64,000 bases of DNA from Octopus sinensis (taxonomy: Eukaryota), in NCBI RefSeq assembly GCF_006345805.1, contig NC_043011.1, positions 12,970,464-13,034,463 of the forward strand, in the 5' to 3' direction. Of this stretch, positions 39,045 through 52,650 are shown piece by piece. Numbering within the stretch: position 1 is the first letter of the stretch; each line of letters starts with the position of its first letter. The notes beneath the pieces were generated by a model that was not told the DNA's origin, did not search any database, and saw only the letters and a program-made list of their open reading frames with translations. The translations under genes were made by a program, and so were the position numbers.

Positions 39045-41717
39045 ATATAGATACCCAACAGTACTCTTATTTAACAATGGCAGAGACCCAATGAACATTG
39101 TTAGTACTTGGTTGTCGTTGTTATTCAACTTCAACTCAGCTTTGATCCACCTAGACAACCCTGTCTTTCTTACTTTTCTTTTTCTTTTTTACTTTTCCCA
39201 AAATACATTCCGCATTTGGGACTTCATTAGACAATGGGTTCTTTTGTTCAAGACAATAGGGTATGATCTGAGGAAAATTTCGTTGCTGCTTCTAGTAGGA
39301 ATATTGGCCATGTGTATAGACCCCTTGTTGACTTATTGTGGTTGAGAAAACTGCAGACATGAATTCAAATTTTATTTTGTCGTGGTTTCCTTTCTTCCCC
39401 CTGGAGTCATAATTCATTTGAACGGTTTTGTCTTCTCTACAAAAAAAACTTTTCCTATACAAAATAAACTGTTAAATGATATCCGAGATGAGGAACTTAT
39501 GATGATTTATATGCATATTTATCCCATGCTTATTTGCTTATATTCTGGTTGATGTATAGCGTAACTAGAAATATTTTCAATCCTGTAAGTAAAGATGAGT
39601 ACAAACAAACTGGGAAATAGTTAAAACTTTGATCACAGAATGTTTTTTGTTGAAGTTGCCAGTCCCGACTAGAGTCCAGCGAAGCTTATCGAAAATAGAT
39701 ATTTTGTTACGTTAGATCCAAACAATTTGAACTACACAGTACAACTCATATCTCCTGACCCGTTGCGAGAGATTCTGCTGTGGGTGGCCTAATTTTGGTG
39801 GACTCTGATAAATATAAACTAAGTCATTTTTAGAGATGAAGCGATCTTTATATAGCAAGAACACGGGGGGGGGGGACTTTTCCCCTAAATTTGACATTGC
39901 ATAATAATCGACCGAACGCTTCCTTAATGAGAGAAAGGAAGATTGAAGGAGGGATACAATAGGAACAGTTTAAGAAGTGCTGTTGCACTGCTTTTTTATA
40001 AGAAGGGCTCCAACTTTTAGATGAGCCTATGAGGATTGAAAAAGAGGTGCACAAATAACCATGTCTGAAATAAACGAAAATTATTTTTTTTCTTTTTTAC
40101 ACTTCTAAAATTTGACCAGCACGAAGGGGAAGAAATATCAGTAAGATGCAAACTTTATTTCACTTTCTCATGAATAAAGAGATGAGGTGTAAAATATTTC
40201 AGTAGAGTCTGGTTGGAGGAAGCGGGAAGAAATTTTGTGGTGTTTTTCTTATTTCTGTGGAGTTCGTTTTGTTATTCCAACAGCCGAGAGGGAGCATTAA
40301 AAAAATTAAAAATTCGGAAAAAATATTTTTCAGAGATTTGGCTGCTATTTCTAGCATGTAGAACGACTACATTGAAACCTTCCGCATTTCGTCTGCATAT
40401 GGGAAAAGCTGTAGACGCATGCGCAAATGAGCAGACGAGTTTAACAACATCCGGAATGTTAATGGGTGGGGGTCGTGGTGGGGGTGAGTAGTTGAAAAGC
40501 TGGAGGATGGAGTCAAAAAAAAATTGAAATTTTGAATTTTTTTTCCTCCCCCCACAAATAGATCGTAATCTCTGGGATCACCAAAACATTTTTCCGAAAA
40601 AATGAAAAACAAAACGGAAAAAAAACGCCGGTGGAGGCGGGGTGAAATACAAATATTGAAAAGCTGGGGTGGGGGATTTTTTAAATTCTTTTTCCAAAAT
40701 CGTAGCCTCCGTTGTCGAAAACATAGAAACCCTAAATTTTTTTTCTTTTTCTTTTCTTTTCATAAATCTGAAGGTGCCATGCATATTCAACCCGTCCGTC
40801 AGTTTTTCATCCAATTCAAAACCTCAGTGGTATTTCTCTTTATATTACAGCTTTTGGTTCAACATTTTGTACACTACCGACAACAACAGCTATTCATTTC
40901 TCACCTATTAAACTGAGACACTACTGTTTACCTCGATGACATCATTGCTATAGTATCGAATGTAAATGAGTGACAGAATAGAAGATATAAGTTGAGTTTC
41001 TTTCTTATTTCTTTGTTTGTCTTGTTTTTGTCTTGCTTTTTTTTCTTTCCTATCCATGGATGAATGAATCAGAAAGGTTAACTACGTCAATCTGTGATTC
41101 ATTTTGCTGTAATAAGTTTGACATTTTAGTAGGTTCGCAGCTTAAGATGCCCATTCGTAGTCTGAGCCAACGATGTCGCCTATCAGCGCCCCGCCTACGT
41201 GCTAAAAATAGCTGTTAAATTTCCTTTCCATCACACTTTACTGTTTATAAGGTACACATTCTATAGTTCTAACTATACCAGCATGGGAAAAGAAAATAGA
41301 CGAGATTGCCTTGGTTAGAATGCTTTTGGCTATGAGGTTGAATGAACAGGCTGACCTGTGGCTAAGTAGCAACATGTTTAATGATTATTAGAAGAATATC
41401 GGGCGTTGCTCCAGGAATAAAAGAGAGGAGTTGGTGGACAATTCGAAGAATGAGAATTATCGTATATTCTGCATAAACTTATTTTTTCAAATACAATAGA
41501 TATATTGTTTGACGCAGATATTACACCTTACCTTTTAGCTTCTTAAAATAATATTCGCTTTTCAATAACACTCTGAGAAAGCTAAGAACTCAAGGACATT
41601 CCAGCCATGACAATCTGTATATTTTTACTAATGTATTGGAAAAGTATTTGGATATGCAATGTATGTGTGTATGTGTGTGTGTGCGTGTGTGTGTGTGTGT
41701 GTGTGTGGTGTGTGTGC

Positions 41718-41840
<123 letters not shown>

Positions 41841-42170
41841 CTTAATATCCTACTCAATGTGGATGTTTTGTTAGAACATAGAATTCTGCGGTATTGGTTC
41901 TGAGACAACATCTCATACAGATGTATGATGCTAAGAACACATGCATAACGTTAGCAGACGAAATTTGTCGGGTATGGGCACCGGAACTGCCAGATCACAT
42001 GATTTCAGCGAACCGCGTATCTCCAGTGATATATACGTATAATATATATATATATATATATATATACCGGAGTAAACACATAAATGTGAAACAAGGTGGA
42101 AAAAAGAGTACTCAAATACCAGTGGTAGAGTAATATGCTTTATTTAAAGCAGCAGAAAATTCAACAAAAG

Positions 42171-42208
42171 CTGTTACTCTGAGTTTCACGTTGCCGTTCA
42201 TCGGACAG
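42171..42208 (-). ncRNA. Hammerhead motif with U4C substitution in pseudo-LTR-like fragment 42063-42227
   Basis: Reverse complement: ctgt CCGATGA acg-gcaa-cgt GAAA ctcagag TA acag; same family as 27287 and 22598-22680. Confidence 0.65.
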
Positions 42209-42276
42209 TTTTTTCTAGCAAATAAAGTATATATATATATATACATACATATATATATATACATACATATATATAT

Positions 42277-42384
<108 letters not shown>

Positions 42385-42518
42385 AATATATTACGGAGAT
42401 GTACTTGCATAGCGAGTGACTTGATCTGAGATCGTGTGCTGGAACGAAAACAATTGCAGCGTGGAAGGTGTTTATAACACACAAAAACCGTTAGATTCCC
42501 TTCAACATTTAAATTTAA

Positions 42519-42569
42519 TTTGTCAAAATATTTTCGTCGTTTTGAGACCGCGACCTGTTCACTGACAAA
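42519..42569 (-). ncRNA. Hammerhead variant with G3-C8 core in repeat 42392-42575
   Basis: Reverse complement: tttgtca GTGAACA g gtcg..cgac GAA aatatt T tgacaaa. Confidence 0.6.
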
Positions 42570-42757
42570 ACTTCGTGTTGTATTTATATATGTATACATA
42601 TATATTCATAAGAGCGTTGCAGCTCGATTGAAGCATTGTAATATCAAAAAAGGTAGAAAGAGAGAAAATAGAAAGCTTCTGACAATTTCAGCATTGTCAG
42701 AAGTTTTCTGTTTTCTTTCGTTTTACTTTCTTCTTATAAATGTACGTATATATGTAC

Positions 42758-42789
<32 letters not shown>

Positions 42790-42905
42790 GTGCATGAATG
42801 TATGTATGTATGTGTGTATGTATGTATGTGTGCATGAATGTATGTATGTATGTATGTATGTATGTATGTATATATATGTATATATATATACATACATATA
42901 TATAT

Positions 42906-42957
<52 letters not shown>

Positions 42958-43099
42958 TATGTATGTGTGTATGTATGTATATATATATATATATAATTTT
43001 AATCCAAAAGGGAAACAAAAAAACAACAACAACAGGAACAATTACAGTATTATTATTAATAGGCGCTCAGGAGATGGAAGATACTTTTATTTTTTATTT

Positions 43100-45045
43100 G
43101 TTTCGGTCAAAACCCTGGGAACAACAATCAGGTGAAAGAAATGATTGCACATGCAATAGGGGCCAGTGTAAAAACCACCTTGAAGAACCACATAGTAAAG
43201 TTTAACAAGAAACTATACATGCAGGTTGAAGGTGCAGCCATCGGTGTCGCTGTAGCTGGAGATGTGGCTGGCCTCTTCAGGACCTGGTGGGACAGAAAAC
43301 TTAAACAAATGTTAGCAGAACAGTCCACAACTCTTCTTCTCTACAGTAGGTATGCAGATGACATTAACATCATAGTTAGAACCAACTCTAGTGACGGTAA
43401 TGTAGAGACTGAAAAGAACGTAATGGAGAGCATCCAGCAAATAGCTAACTCCATCCACCAAAGTATCAAGTTAACTATAGATTATCCCACAAAGCACCCC
43501 AACAATAGACTCCCTGTACTTGATACTGAACTTTGGTTAGAGACTGTGAACAACAGAGTGCAGCTCCTCCACTCCTATTACATGAAACCCATAGCTTCAA
43601 AATATGTTGTTCACAAGAACTCAGCTTTGTCACACAACATGAAAATTAACATAATGATAGCAGACTTAGTTAGGATAATGAACAATGTGTCCCCACTGTG
43701 CGAACCCTATGAAATGAAAGAATGTATACATAAATTCATGCACCGCGTACAGTTCTCTGGCTATGATCAGAAAGATAGGGTTCGAGTATACAGCGGGGCT
43801 AGAAAGAAATTAGATAACATTATACGTAATGATACCTGTGGTACCTGCCTTAGATATAGAAACAAAGAATGGAATAAGATACAAAGAACTTGTGACAAAG
43901 TAAGCCGGGCGAATACGTGGTTAATACCGACAAATATTAAGGAGTGATGTTTATAGAGGCCACAGCCCATGGAGAACTAGCCCGTAGATTTAGAAAAGCA
44001 CTGAAGGAGACCAAACTCAACATTAAGACTGCTGAAAAGCCAGAGAACTCCGTCGAATCACAACTATGTAGGGTGTACCCCTTTGAGAATACCATATGCA
44101 ACAATGATAACTGCATGGTATGTAGGATTGGCCCCGGCATTAACTGTACAACTAGAAATGTAGTTTACGGCATAAGACATCTAGGGGAGACATCTAGGAG
44201 CATTGCGGCAAGACTAAATGAACATCTGAGACAATATGACGACAAAAAACAGTCCTCCATACTCTACCAACATGCCAAAGACCAACATGGAGGCAACCTG
44301 GGTTAACTTGACACCCGCATCTTATCCAAGCACCCAAAAGCCCCAACACTCAGACAAATACATGAAACTTCTCTAATACTAAATAGGAAATATACATAGT
44401 AGATATCATACCCCGCTACCCAGTTTACACGGGTAGAGTAGAATAGTAAGTGGGCTGTTAGGTAGATACATGTATGTGTGTATGTGTGTATGTGTGGGTG
44501 TATGTATACATGTGTATATGCACATGTATGTAAGCATATGGATATGAAAATAAACAGATCAATATACAGACGGTTAGGTACATGGGTTATATGAACAGAC
44601 AATCAAGCATACGCAAATGGAGACTGAAACACATGACCATATATACACACACACACTTTACTTCACACAAGGACACATATGGAGACATGGGTCCACACAT
44701 ATAGAGATGCCCATCCATACATACAAACACGGTACACACTCAGATATGCACACATAAGGAGACAGAGGTGCATACATATACAAATACAGGCACACACACA
44801 CATACATAAAAAGCACACAAACACAGACACGTAAGCACATGAATATGCAGAATACATACATACAGATGCACACGCATACACACATATATATCTATGCATA
44901 CATACACATATAAACATACACAACACATGCATACATACATATATACCTATGCATACATGCACATATACACATACACACACAGGCATGCATACATACATAC
45001 ATACATACATACATACATGCATGCATGCATAGGCACACACACACA

Positions 45046-45093
<48 letters not shown>

Positions 45094-45740
45094 ACCCACA
45101 CAATGCTCACAAGCAGACAAAAGGGAACGCGGTGTAAATAACGGACAGAGTCAAAACTATTGAAAAGGTTGCATGACGCAACGAAAATTTTAGGACAATA
45201 AACATTTTTAAAAACGTGGAAATTTTACCGGTGAGTGTGTTACATAATAAGGCACAAAAAGAAAATTACTCTCCCCTCAGGCTGAGTAATAAGTAAGGAA
45301 CGTTTTGAAATGTGCACAAGCAATATATTAATTTGGTGTTCGGTGAAAGAAGAGAGTTATTAATGTTTCGAGTATAGCTCTTCGTCGAAAAGGAAAAAGT
45401 CCAAAGAGAAAGAAACAAAATAAAGTAAAAATCGCCAACAATCCACGTGGCGTTACATTTCTGAAGTGACAAGAAATATATATAATTCGTTTTTGGATTT
45501 GGTTTGCAAGATTCTTTACGTGAGTTCGTGTGTTGAAGCATATTCTATTGTGTCTGTGGAGAGTAATTTTCTTTTTGTGCTTTATAATTTAACACACTCA
45601 CCGGTAAAATTTCCGCTTATTTCTTATATATATTTTCCTAAAATTTTCGTTGCGTCATGCAACCTTTTCAATAGTCTGTCCGTTATTTACACTGCGTTCC
45701 TTGTGTGTGCATGTGTGTGTGAGAGTATGTGTGTGTGTGC

Positions 45741-45794
<54 letters not shown>

Positions 45795-46292
45795 TGTGTG
45801 TGTGTGTATTATGCAACAGAAAGCAGTCCTCCATACTCTACCAACATGCCAAAGACCACCATGGAGGTAACTTGGGTCAACTTGACATCCGCATCTTATC
45901 CAAGCACCCAAAAGACCCAACACTCAGACAAATACGGGAGTACGTCCTTATAAATGAAACCTCCCCAATACTAAATAGGGAATATACACAGTAAATACCA
46001 TACCTCCATACCCATGCATGTATAGGCACACACACATACTGACCCACTGACCCACACACATGCGCACAAACAAACAAAAGGGAACGCGGTGTAAATAACG
46101 GACCGAGTCAAAACTATTGAAAAGGTTGCATGACGCAACGAAAATTTTCGAACGATAAAAATTTTTAAAAACGTGGAAATTTTACTGGTGAGTGTGTTAT
46201 ATGATAAGGCACATGACTCTCCCCAGACACAATAGAATATGCTTCAACACACGAACTCATATAAAGAATTTTGAAAACCAAATCCAAAAACG

Positions 46293-46295
<3 letters not shown>
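43100..46295 (+). mobile_element. Penelope-like retroelement: 5'-truncated RT (43132-43947), GIY-YIG endonuclease (43944-~44400), direct and inverted pseudo-LTR copies
   Basis: QVEGAAIG, RYADD, LPVLD, YYMKP..NSAL; C..C..C..RNVVY..GETSRSIAARLNEH; endonuclease tail repeated at 45820-45992; pLTRs at 45118-45276, 45450-45700 (inverted), 46075-46295. Confidence 0.92.
45157..45193 (+). ncRNA. Hammerhead variant with U3-A8 core (other copies 45638-45674 minus, 46114-46150 plus)
   Basis: cta TTGAAAA g gttgc-atgac-gcaac GAA aatt T tag followed by AATAAA, inside the Penelope pLTR. Confidence 0.65.
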
Positions 46296-46343
<48 letters not shown>

Positions 46344-46351
46344 ATATTATA

Positions 46352-46387
<36 letters not shown>

Positions 46388-46395
46388 TATATATA

Positions 46396-46441
<46 letters not shown>

Positions 46442-46547
46442 TAGCTAGGAATCTAGGAAGCCATTAAGCCCTTATACATATATATATATATATATATATA
46501 TATGTATACATATATATATATACACACGCACATACATATGTATATAC

Positions 46548-46595
<48 letters not shown>

Positions 46596-47561
46596 GTGTG
46601 TGTGTGTCAGGCTGAGTAATTAAGTAAGCAACGTTTTGAAACATGAAATTCATCACAATATATTTCAACAATGCAGAAATTTTATTCTTCAAAGTAAGTA
46701 CCATTACAATCAACACATTTTTGCCAATGAGTTACAAGTTTGTTTATTCCGGTTACATACAAATCTGGAGTTCTGAAGCTGATGAACTCTTTGAACGCAC
46801 TTTCAGCATCGGTTTGATTTTTGAACTCCTTCTCTCGCAGGAAACCATCACGGTACTTGAAGAAGTGGTAGTCGATAGGAGAAAGGTCTGGGGAATAAGC
46901 TGGGTGGGAGATCACTTCGTAGCCAAGTTCCCTCAACTTCTGGAGCGTCATTAGTGAAACGTGTGGTCGAGAATTGTCATGAAGAATGACACGAGCATTG
47001 TCATGAAGAATAATTGGCCCTCTTCTGTTGACCAGTCTGGGACAGAGAAGTAGCAGTTTTTCGTTCATTTACGCAATTTCATGGCAATGTTTCTGCAGTA
47101 ATGGTTTTTCCGGGTTTTAAGAAGTTATAGTGGATGAGTCCAGCAGTACACTACCAAACAGTCACCATAACCTACATTTCAAAGAGCTCGGATTGAGAGG
47201 TTTTCGATGCTCCATTTTGGTCCAACCAGTGCGAAGAACATTTCTTATCTACAGAATCCACTTTTCATCGCAAGTTACAATACAGTCAAGAAATGGATCG
47301 GTCTAGTTACGGAGAAATGACGAGCAAATTTCATATCTGCGCATTTTCTGATTTTGATTCAAATCGTGTGGTACCCATTTGTCGAGTTTTTTGATTTTCC
47401 GATCGCATGCAAATGGTTGCAGGTAGTTTTCTGGCTAACTTGAAGTTCTTTTGCCAGTTCTCGAGTGGGTTTACGTGGGTCTTTCTCAATGACGTCCTTT
47501 TTTGAAGTTGCTCGAATATCGCGCTTTGACAGCGCCATTTCAGATGATTGTAACAGCGATT

Positions 47562-49605
47562 TCATTACCCACAAGGGGCTTAACACAGAGGTACGAATAC
47601 ACGTAAGGACCGTACAAAACAAACAGGACAGCATAAAGAAAAGACACAAAAGTGGGCTGAAAAAGCGAATGCAAAAAGATTGAGGTGCCACTCGCACCAC
47701 ACACCGAACGATGTCATTGAGTATTTTTCTCAGTCAATGTCATCGCATATATTTTCTGTTTCTCTTTTAGAAAAAAGTTTTTCACAATAACATTTCAGAC
47801 ATTTTTAAAAACCTTTACTATCTAAAAATCACTAGTACATTCGTGTTCAAATGACTGAGGGCAGTGAATCAATCACCACCTCCGACCCCAACGGATTCAC
47901 ATCCGCTCCAAATTCTCATTCAATTTTAGGTAATTTTCTTTATCCATTAGTACACACTTCAATTCAGGGGATGGGGTTCCCCTACCGGCAACTCACCTTT
48001 ATCGTTGATTTCAGTTTTTTAAATTTTTCTATGCAGTGCTGCATTTTTCCCCTTACATTCACCATGAATACTGTTTTATGGGGAGAAGGCCGTGAGGTTT
48101 GCGGCTTTTGACTGTCTGCAAATGAATATGAAGGTGCTGGGCCGGTGTCCGGAGGGGTGGAACTGGAAGTGGTGTCTGTTACGCAAGGTGTTAATGGTGG
48201 AGAGATGTCCTCTGTAAATGGGTTATAGGAGATGATCGTGTTAGATGCTTGTTCTTTGTGTGTGAAGTTATGAGATATTATTTTAGGGGGAGTATCTTTT
48301 GTATCCCCCTTTTTTTTTCTTGGTAGTTGGTTCTTCCTTGATGCTGCTTTCTTTCTCGCTGCTGATCTCGGTTGATTTTTTCTCCGGATGGGTTTCTTCC
48401 TTGGGGCTGTTTTCGGACTGCATTGTTGTGGTCTCGATTACGTTTTGCTTTTCTATTGGGATGGCTTGTATTGGGTTGGCAACAATGTTGGCTGGTTTCT
48501 TCTCCTGCCTTTTGTCTGTTAGGTTGGCGGGTTTTCCAGTACCGATGCTCATTGATTCTTCTGGTTGTAGTGGTGTGCTAGGAGCAGGGTATGCTTCGTG
48601 TTGCGAAACCTGAGGACACTTGGTCTTTAAGTGACCCATTTCCCCACATTTCTGACAACTTGGGCTTCTGCTCTCTACTCTAATTCTCAGTTTAGTGTCG
48701 TCTGGTAGGATAATTTGATCTGAGATCTCATCTAAGTCACTTGGGGTGGCTTGGATTGTTACATCCAGGCCATCGCCCCATCAATTTTGTTGTGTCTTAG
48801 TTGCTTTCAATATTTTTCCCGTCTTTTAAGTTCAACATTATTGCTGCTATCAACTACATCTCGTCAATTTCAGAAGGGACTTCCCCAATTTTAATTCTGG
48901 ATGTCCTTTTTCGGAGATAAGTCGGCAGTAACACCAGTTCTGCCGATGGCGCTATGGCCTGGATGTAACGATCCAAGCCACTTTGGTAGAGTGTTTTAAA
49001 GCTTCCTCTTCTGAAGCAAACCTCACCTCCACCGTACCAAGAGGCTTTGCTTTGTTTAAAATTTTCACCTCATTCCAAATTTGGCTTAGACATTTTTCGA
49101 CGGCATCCTCAGATGTCATCTCTAATTTTTCGTTGCCAGTAAACAGTCCGCTACCATACAGTTTTCCTCTTGGTACTCTCTCTAAACTCTTCTGGTGAGG
49201 GTGTGGGTTCAATCTCACATTCGTCCCCTCCTTCTGTAGTAATTCCATGTACTCTTTGAGTTTGTTCTGTCTGACACTCAGTCGCTTTTGACTTGGGCTG
49301 CTGATGCGTAACTGCCTCTTTTGGCCATGGTCACGTAACCACTTTCGGTGTTTTGAGCTTCCGTTAAGTCGCTCTCCAGTTCAGGCCAATGATCCATGAA
49401 GTTGCCCATACTCTACATAAAATACAAGTTTCGCCCCTAAATGGTGTAAAACCAGTAATAAACACAAGCCTGCAAACGCAGGCAGAGCGCCAAAAGATGC
49501 AAAATCAATAGCAAACAAAAGGCAATCCCAAAAGGGAAAGCCTACAACAATGTAAAACCAACAAGTACTTAGCTTCACAGTAGAAAAAAACGTCTTTTCA
49601 ACTCG
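47562..49605 (-). mobile_element. ORF1-only (HAL1-like) Tx1/L1-clade retroelement 1
   Basis: Broken gag-like ORF1 with zinc knuckle CQKCGEMGHLKTKC; no RT seen; bounded by AGATGATTGTAACA(G/A)CGATT repeats. Confidence 0.75.
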
Positions 49606-49625
49606 AGATGATTGTAACAACGATT

Positions 49626-51786
49626 TTTTATTGTCCACATGGTGCTTAACATAGAGTGACAGTACAAAGATGGACAAAAACACAGAAGTGGGGGAAAAGA
49701 TTAAACGAATGAGAAGGGTGGTATAAAAAATGAATGGATGAAATGAAGGCCACTCGGACCCCACAATCCAAGTGATCTCATTGAAACTTTTTAAAAAAGC
49801 AATTAAACACTTACTATGTCCGTGTTAATTTCTTTTAAAAGCTCATGATAGCTTACCGTTGACTGCACTCCTCTGGTATCAATTTCCTTTTGTGAGATAA
49901 TTCGTTCATTTATTGGCCACAAGGGCTAACAAAAATCAATTAAAACATAAAGGGACAAAACACAGGACGAAAGTTACAAAGGGTTTTGTCCGTTTGAAAA
50001 AAGTCCGTGTACAAAAGAAGGATAACAACAAAATGTAAGTAACAATTAAAACTCCCAATAGGAGGAAGCACTTCGAAAGTTTACTCGTGGAAAAACCCAT
50101 AAAAGCCACGGGAGCCTGGTCAAAAGGGGGGTAGAGAGCCCCTTTCTCTTTTTATATTTCCTTTTAATCTTTTTTTACAGGTGTATCCTCAGAATTGGTC
50201 CGTTCATACTGACCATTGTTGCGACATTCACCCACCTTTCAATAAACTTGCTACCAGACAGCACTTCCCTCTCTACTCTCATCTTCCTTTTCAAGTGAAA
50301 CTTGAAAAAGTTGATGAGATAATGACATTTCTCCCGTAATCCTCGCGTAATCTTTGTGAGTTCTTTCTCTCCATTAATACACATTTAACTTGCGAGGGCA
50401 CTCCCCCACATCCTTCAATATCGACTTTTATCAATTCGTCCACATTGTTTATTTCATCGCACAACTCATCAAGTGACTCATTGCAAAAGAAACAATACAA
50501 CTTTTTTCATAGGGTTGAAGTTGGGAAATTATGGGGCTCCTGCGTGTTTGTAGCTTTAGTATCAGTGTTTGGTGGGATAGGGTGAGGGTTGGTTTTCTTG
50601 CGGGGGGAGGATAAGGCAGAGTCTGGCGGAGTGGGGGTTGGATGTGTGGGGTAACATCAATATCCTGAGTTCTCTTTTTCCAGCTTACCGTCTTCCATTC
50701 TTCCCTTTTCTCTCCTCAATTTGTGTCTCCTTGCCGGGCTTCTCCACACTCCCTCCTGTACCACTTGTCATTGCAGGAGGTAGAGGGGCGATTTTCCTTC
50801 GGACCTGTAGTACTGCTGGTGTCTTTGTGATCGGTGGAGAGCATTCCCCTCTTATGTGGCCCTTCTGGCCACATTTATAATATCGGGGCTTCCTGCCCAC
50901 CACTATAACTCTTAATACCACCTCCTCACCCACCGTTATGGTGTCGACCATTCTTTCAAGGTCTTCCGGGGCAGCCCGCATGATTATCTTCAAGGTCTGC
51001 CCTTGCCAATTCTTCGGTGGCGTTCACGTTACTTGGAGGACCTCTATCTTCTGTTCTACATCCAGTAGTATTGCGGTCACCAGCCAGGCGACATTTACGT
51101 CCGCAGGAATCTCTTCCACCCTTACCCTGGAAGCAGCTTTCCATGATAAGTAAGCAAAAGTATTACCTCGTCCGTTTTCAAGAAGGCTACCGAATGTTGT
51201 CTGGCCTTTTCCTAGGATGCAAATTGGACCTCCACAGTTGCGTATTTCCTCCCTCTGGCAAGGTAGGTGACATCCTGCCAGATGGGTCTCAATGCTTTCT
51301 CAACTTGTGGTTTTTTTACTATCTCCATTCTCTTTGCATCCAGATTATACATTCTATACATAATTGCCTTTTTTGTGTGCCCTTTGTAACTTCACTAGGA
51401 GGGGTCACCTTTACTTTGTGCCCTTCTCTTCGCAGGATTTCTTTGTACTTGTTCAACTCCATCTTCTTAAAACAAATCTCTTTTCTTCTTTCACCAGCCG
51501 CAACTGCAAAATTCATTATTTTTTTTCCACCTTGATTTTTTTTCATCTTCTGGTCTGCAATATCCAAACTTCTCGGTAATTCTTTTTCAGACATCGTTAC
51601 GTCTGAAGAATCCAAATCTTCAGACATCATGAAGACACAATTTATGCGCTTCCTCCTTGAAACAAGGTGGACAACGTTAACAAAACTACCGTAAGGCAGC
51701 AATTAATAACAAAAATAATTCTAATTCAACAATGCTTCACTAACCTCTCTAACGACGCACAAACAACATCACGAACAAGCCGGTCC
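49626..51786 (-). mobile_element. ORF1-only Tx1/L1-clade retroelement 2, containing a 3' ORF2 fragment (~49906-50352)
   Basis: ORF1 homologous to element 1 with knuckle YKCGQKGHIRGEC; fragment REVLSGSKFIERW with its own GCCCTTGTGGCCAATAAA tail; same target repeat at both ends. Confidence 0.72.
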
Positions 51787-52001
51787 AGATGATTGTAATA
51801 ACGGTGAAAAGAAATCAATGTTAATTTATTGATGCATTTGAACAATTCTATGTCTGTATAATCAGTCAAGTGCAAAAACATTATTAAAAACATTTTTAAT
51901 TCTGCAAAACTCCATTACAATTTTTTTGTGGTTCAAAACGTTGCTTGCGTTTTACTCAACCTGATAGATAAATTCCTATATATATATATATATATATATC
52001 T

Positions 52002-52561
52002 TTTTACTTCAGTCATTAGACTGCGGCCATGCTGGGGCACCGCCTTGAAGAATCTTAGTCGAATGGGAATAAAAACCAGTACTTATTTTTAAAGCTACTG
52101 GTACTTATTCTATCGGACTCTTTTGCTGAACTGCTAGGCTCCGGGGACGTAAACACACCAACACCGGTTGTCAAGCGGTGAGGGGGTTCCGTCTACCAAA
52201 TCCACTCGCAAGGCTTTGGTTGGGCCGAGACTATAGCAGAGAACATGTGCCCTAGGTGGAACGCAGTGGGATTGAACCTTTTTTTCTTCACAAACGTAAA
52301 TAAACCCAATCTGTTTCTTAAACGAGGGACATATTCATACGGCTCAGAATGTTTTCACCTAAAATAGACGGTCATTGATTGGTTGAAATTGCAGAAATTG
52401 AAGAAAAAAAACAACAAATATCTTAAAAACTATAGAATTTTCTCAATAAAGCCAAGAGAAAAAGATGTTTTATAAACACATTCTACCAGTATACGAAGTT
52501 TAAAATCTTTTAGTTACGTGGAAATTATTTTTAAAAACTGCCGTTCAAACCGAAAAGATCC
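52002..52561. mobile_element. SINE family A fragment fused to a one-ended Merlin-like MITE (52279-52561)
   Basis: SINE breaks at GGGATTGAACC; MITE internal sequence and one TIR follow. Confidence 0.8.
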
Positions 52562-52650
52562 TTTTCTTCTCGTCTCCAGAAATAGTTTTTTTTTTTGTTA
52601 AGCATGCTTGCAACTCATCTACAGGTGTATCCAATGAAATAATGGTAGGA

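Larger units (their letters stand above)
46607..51964 (-). mobile_element. Mariner transposon (degraded DD34D transposase ~47538-46682) split by nested retroelements
   Basis: TIRs at 46607-46640 and 51932-51964 followed by TA; LHDN..PH and HPAYSPDLSPIDYHFF motifs; start MALSKRDIRAT at 47538. Confidence 0.9.

Noticed and set aside
39800-40760. Possible Helentron or other DNA transposon with G/C-run hairpins
   Set aside because: Could not define termini, TSD or a second copy in the window
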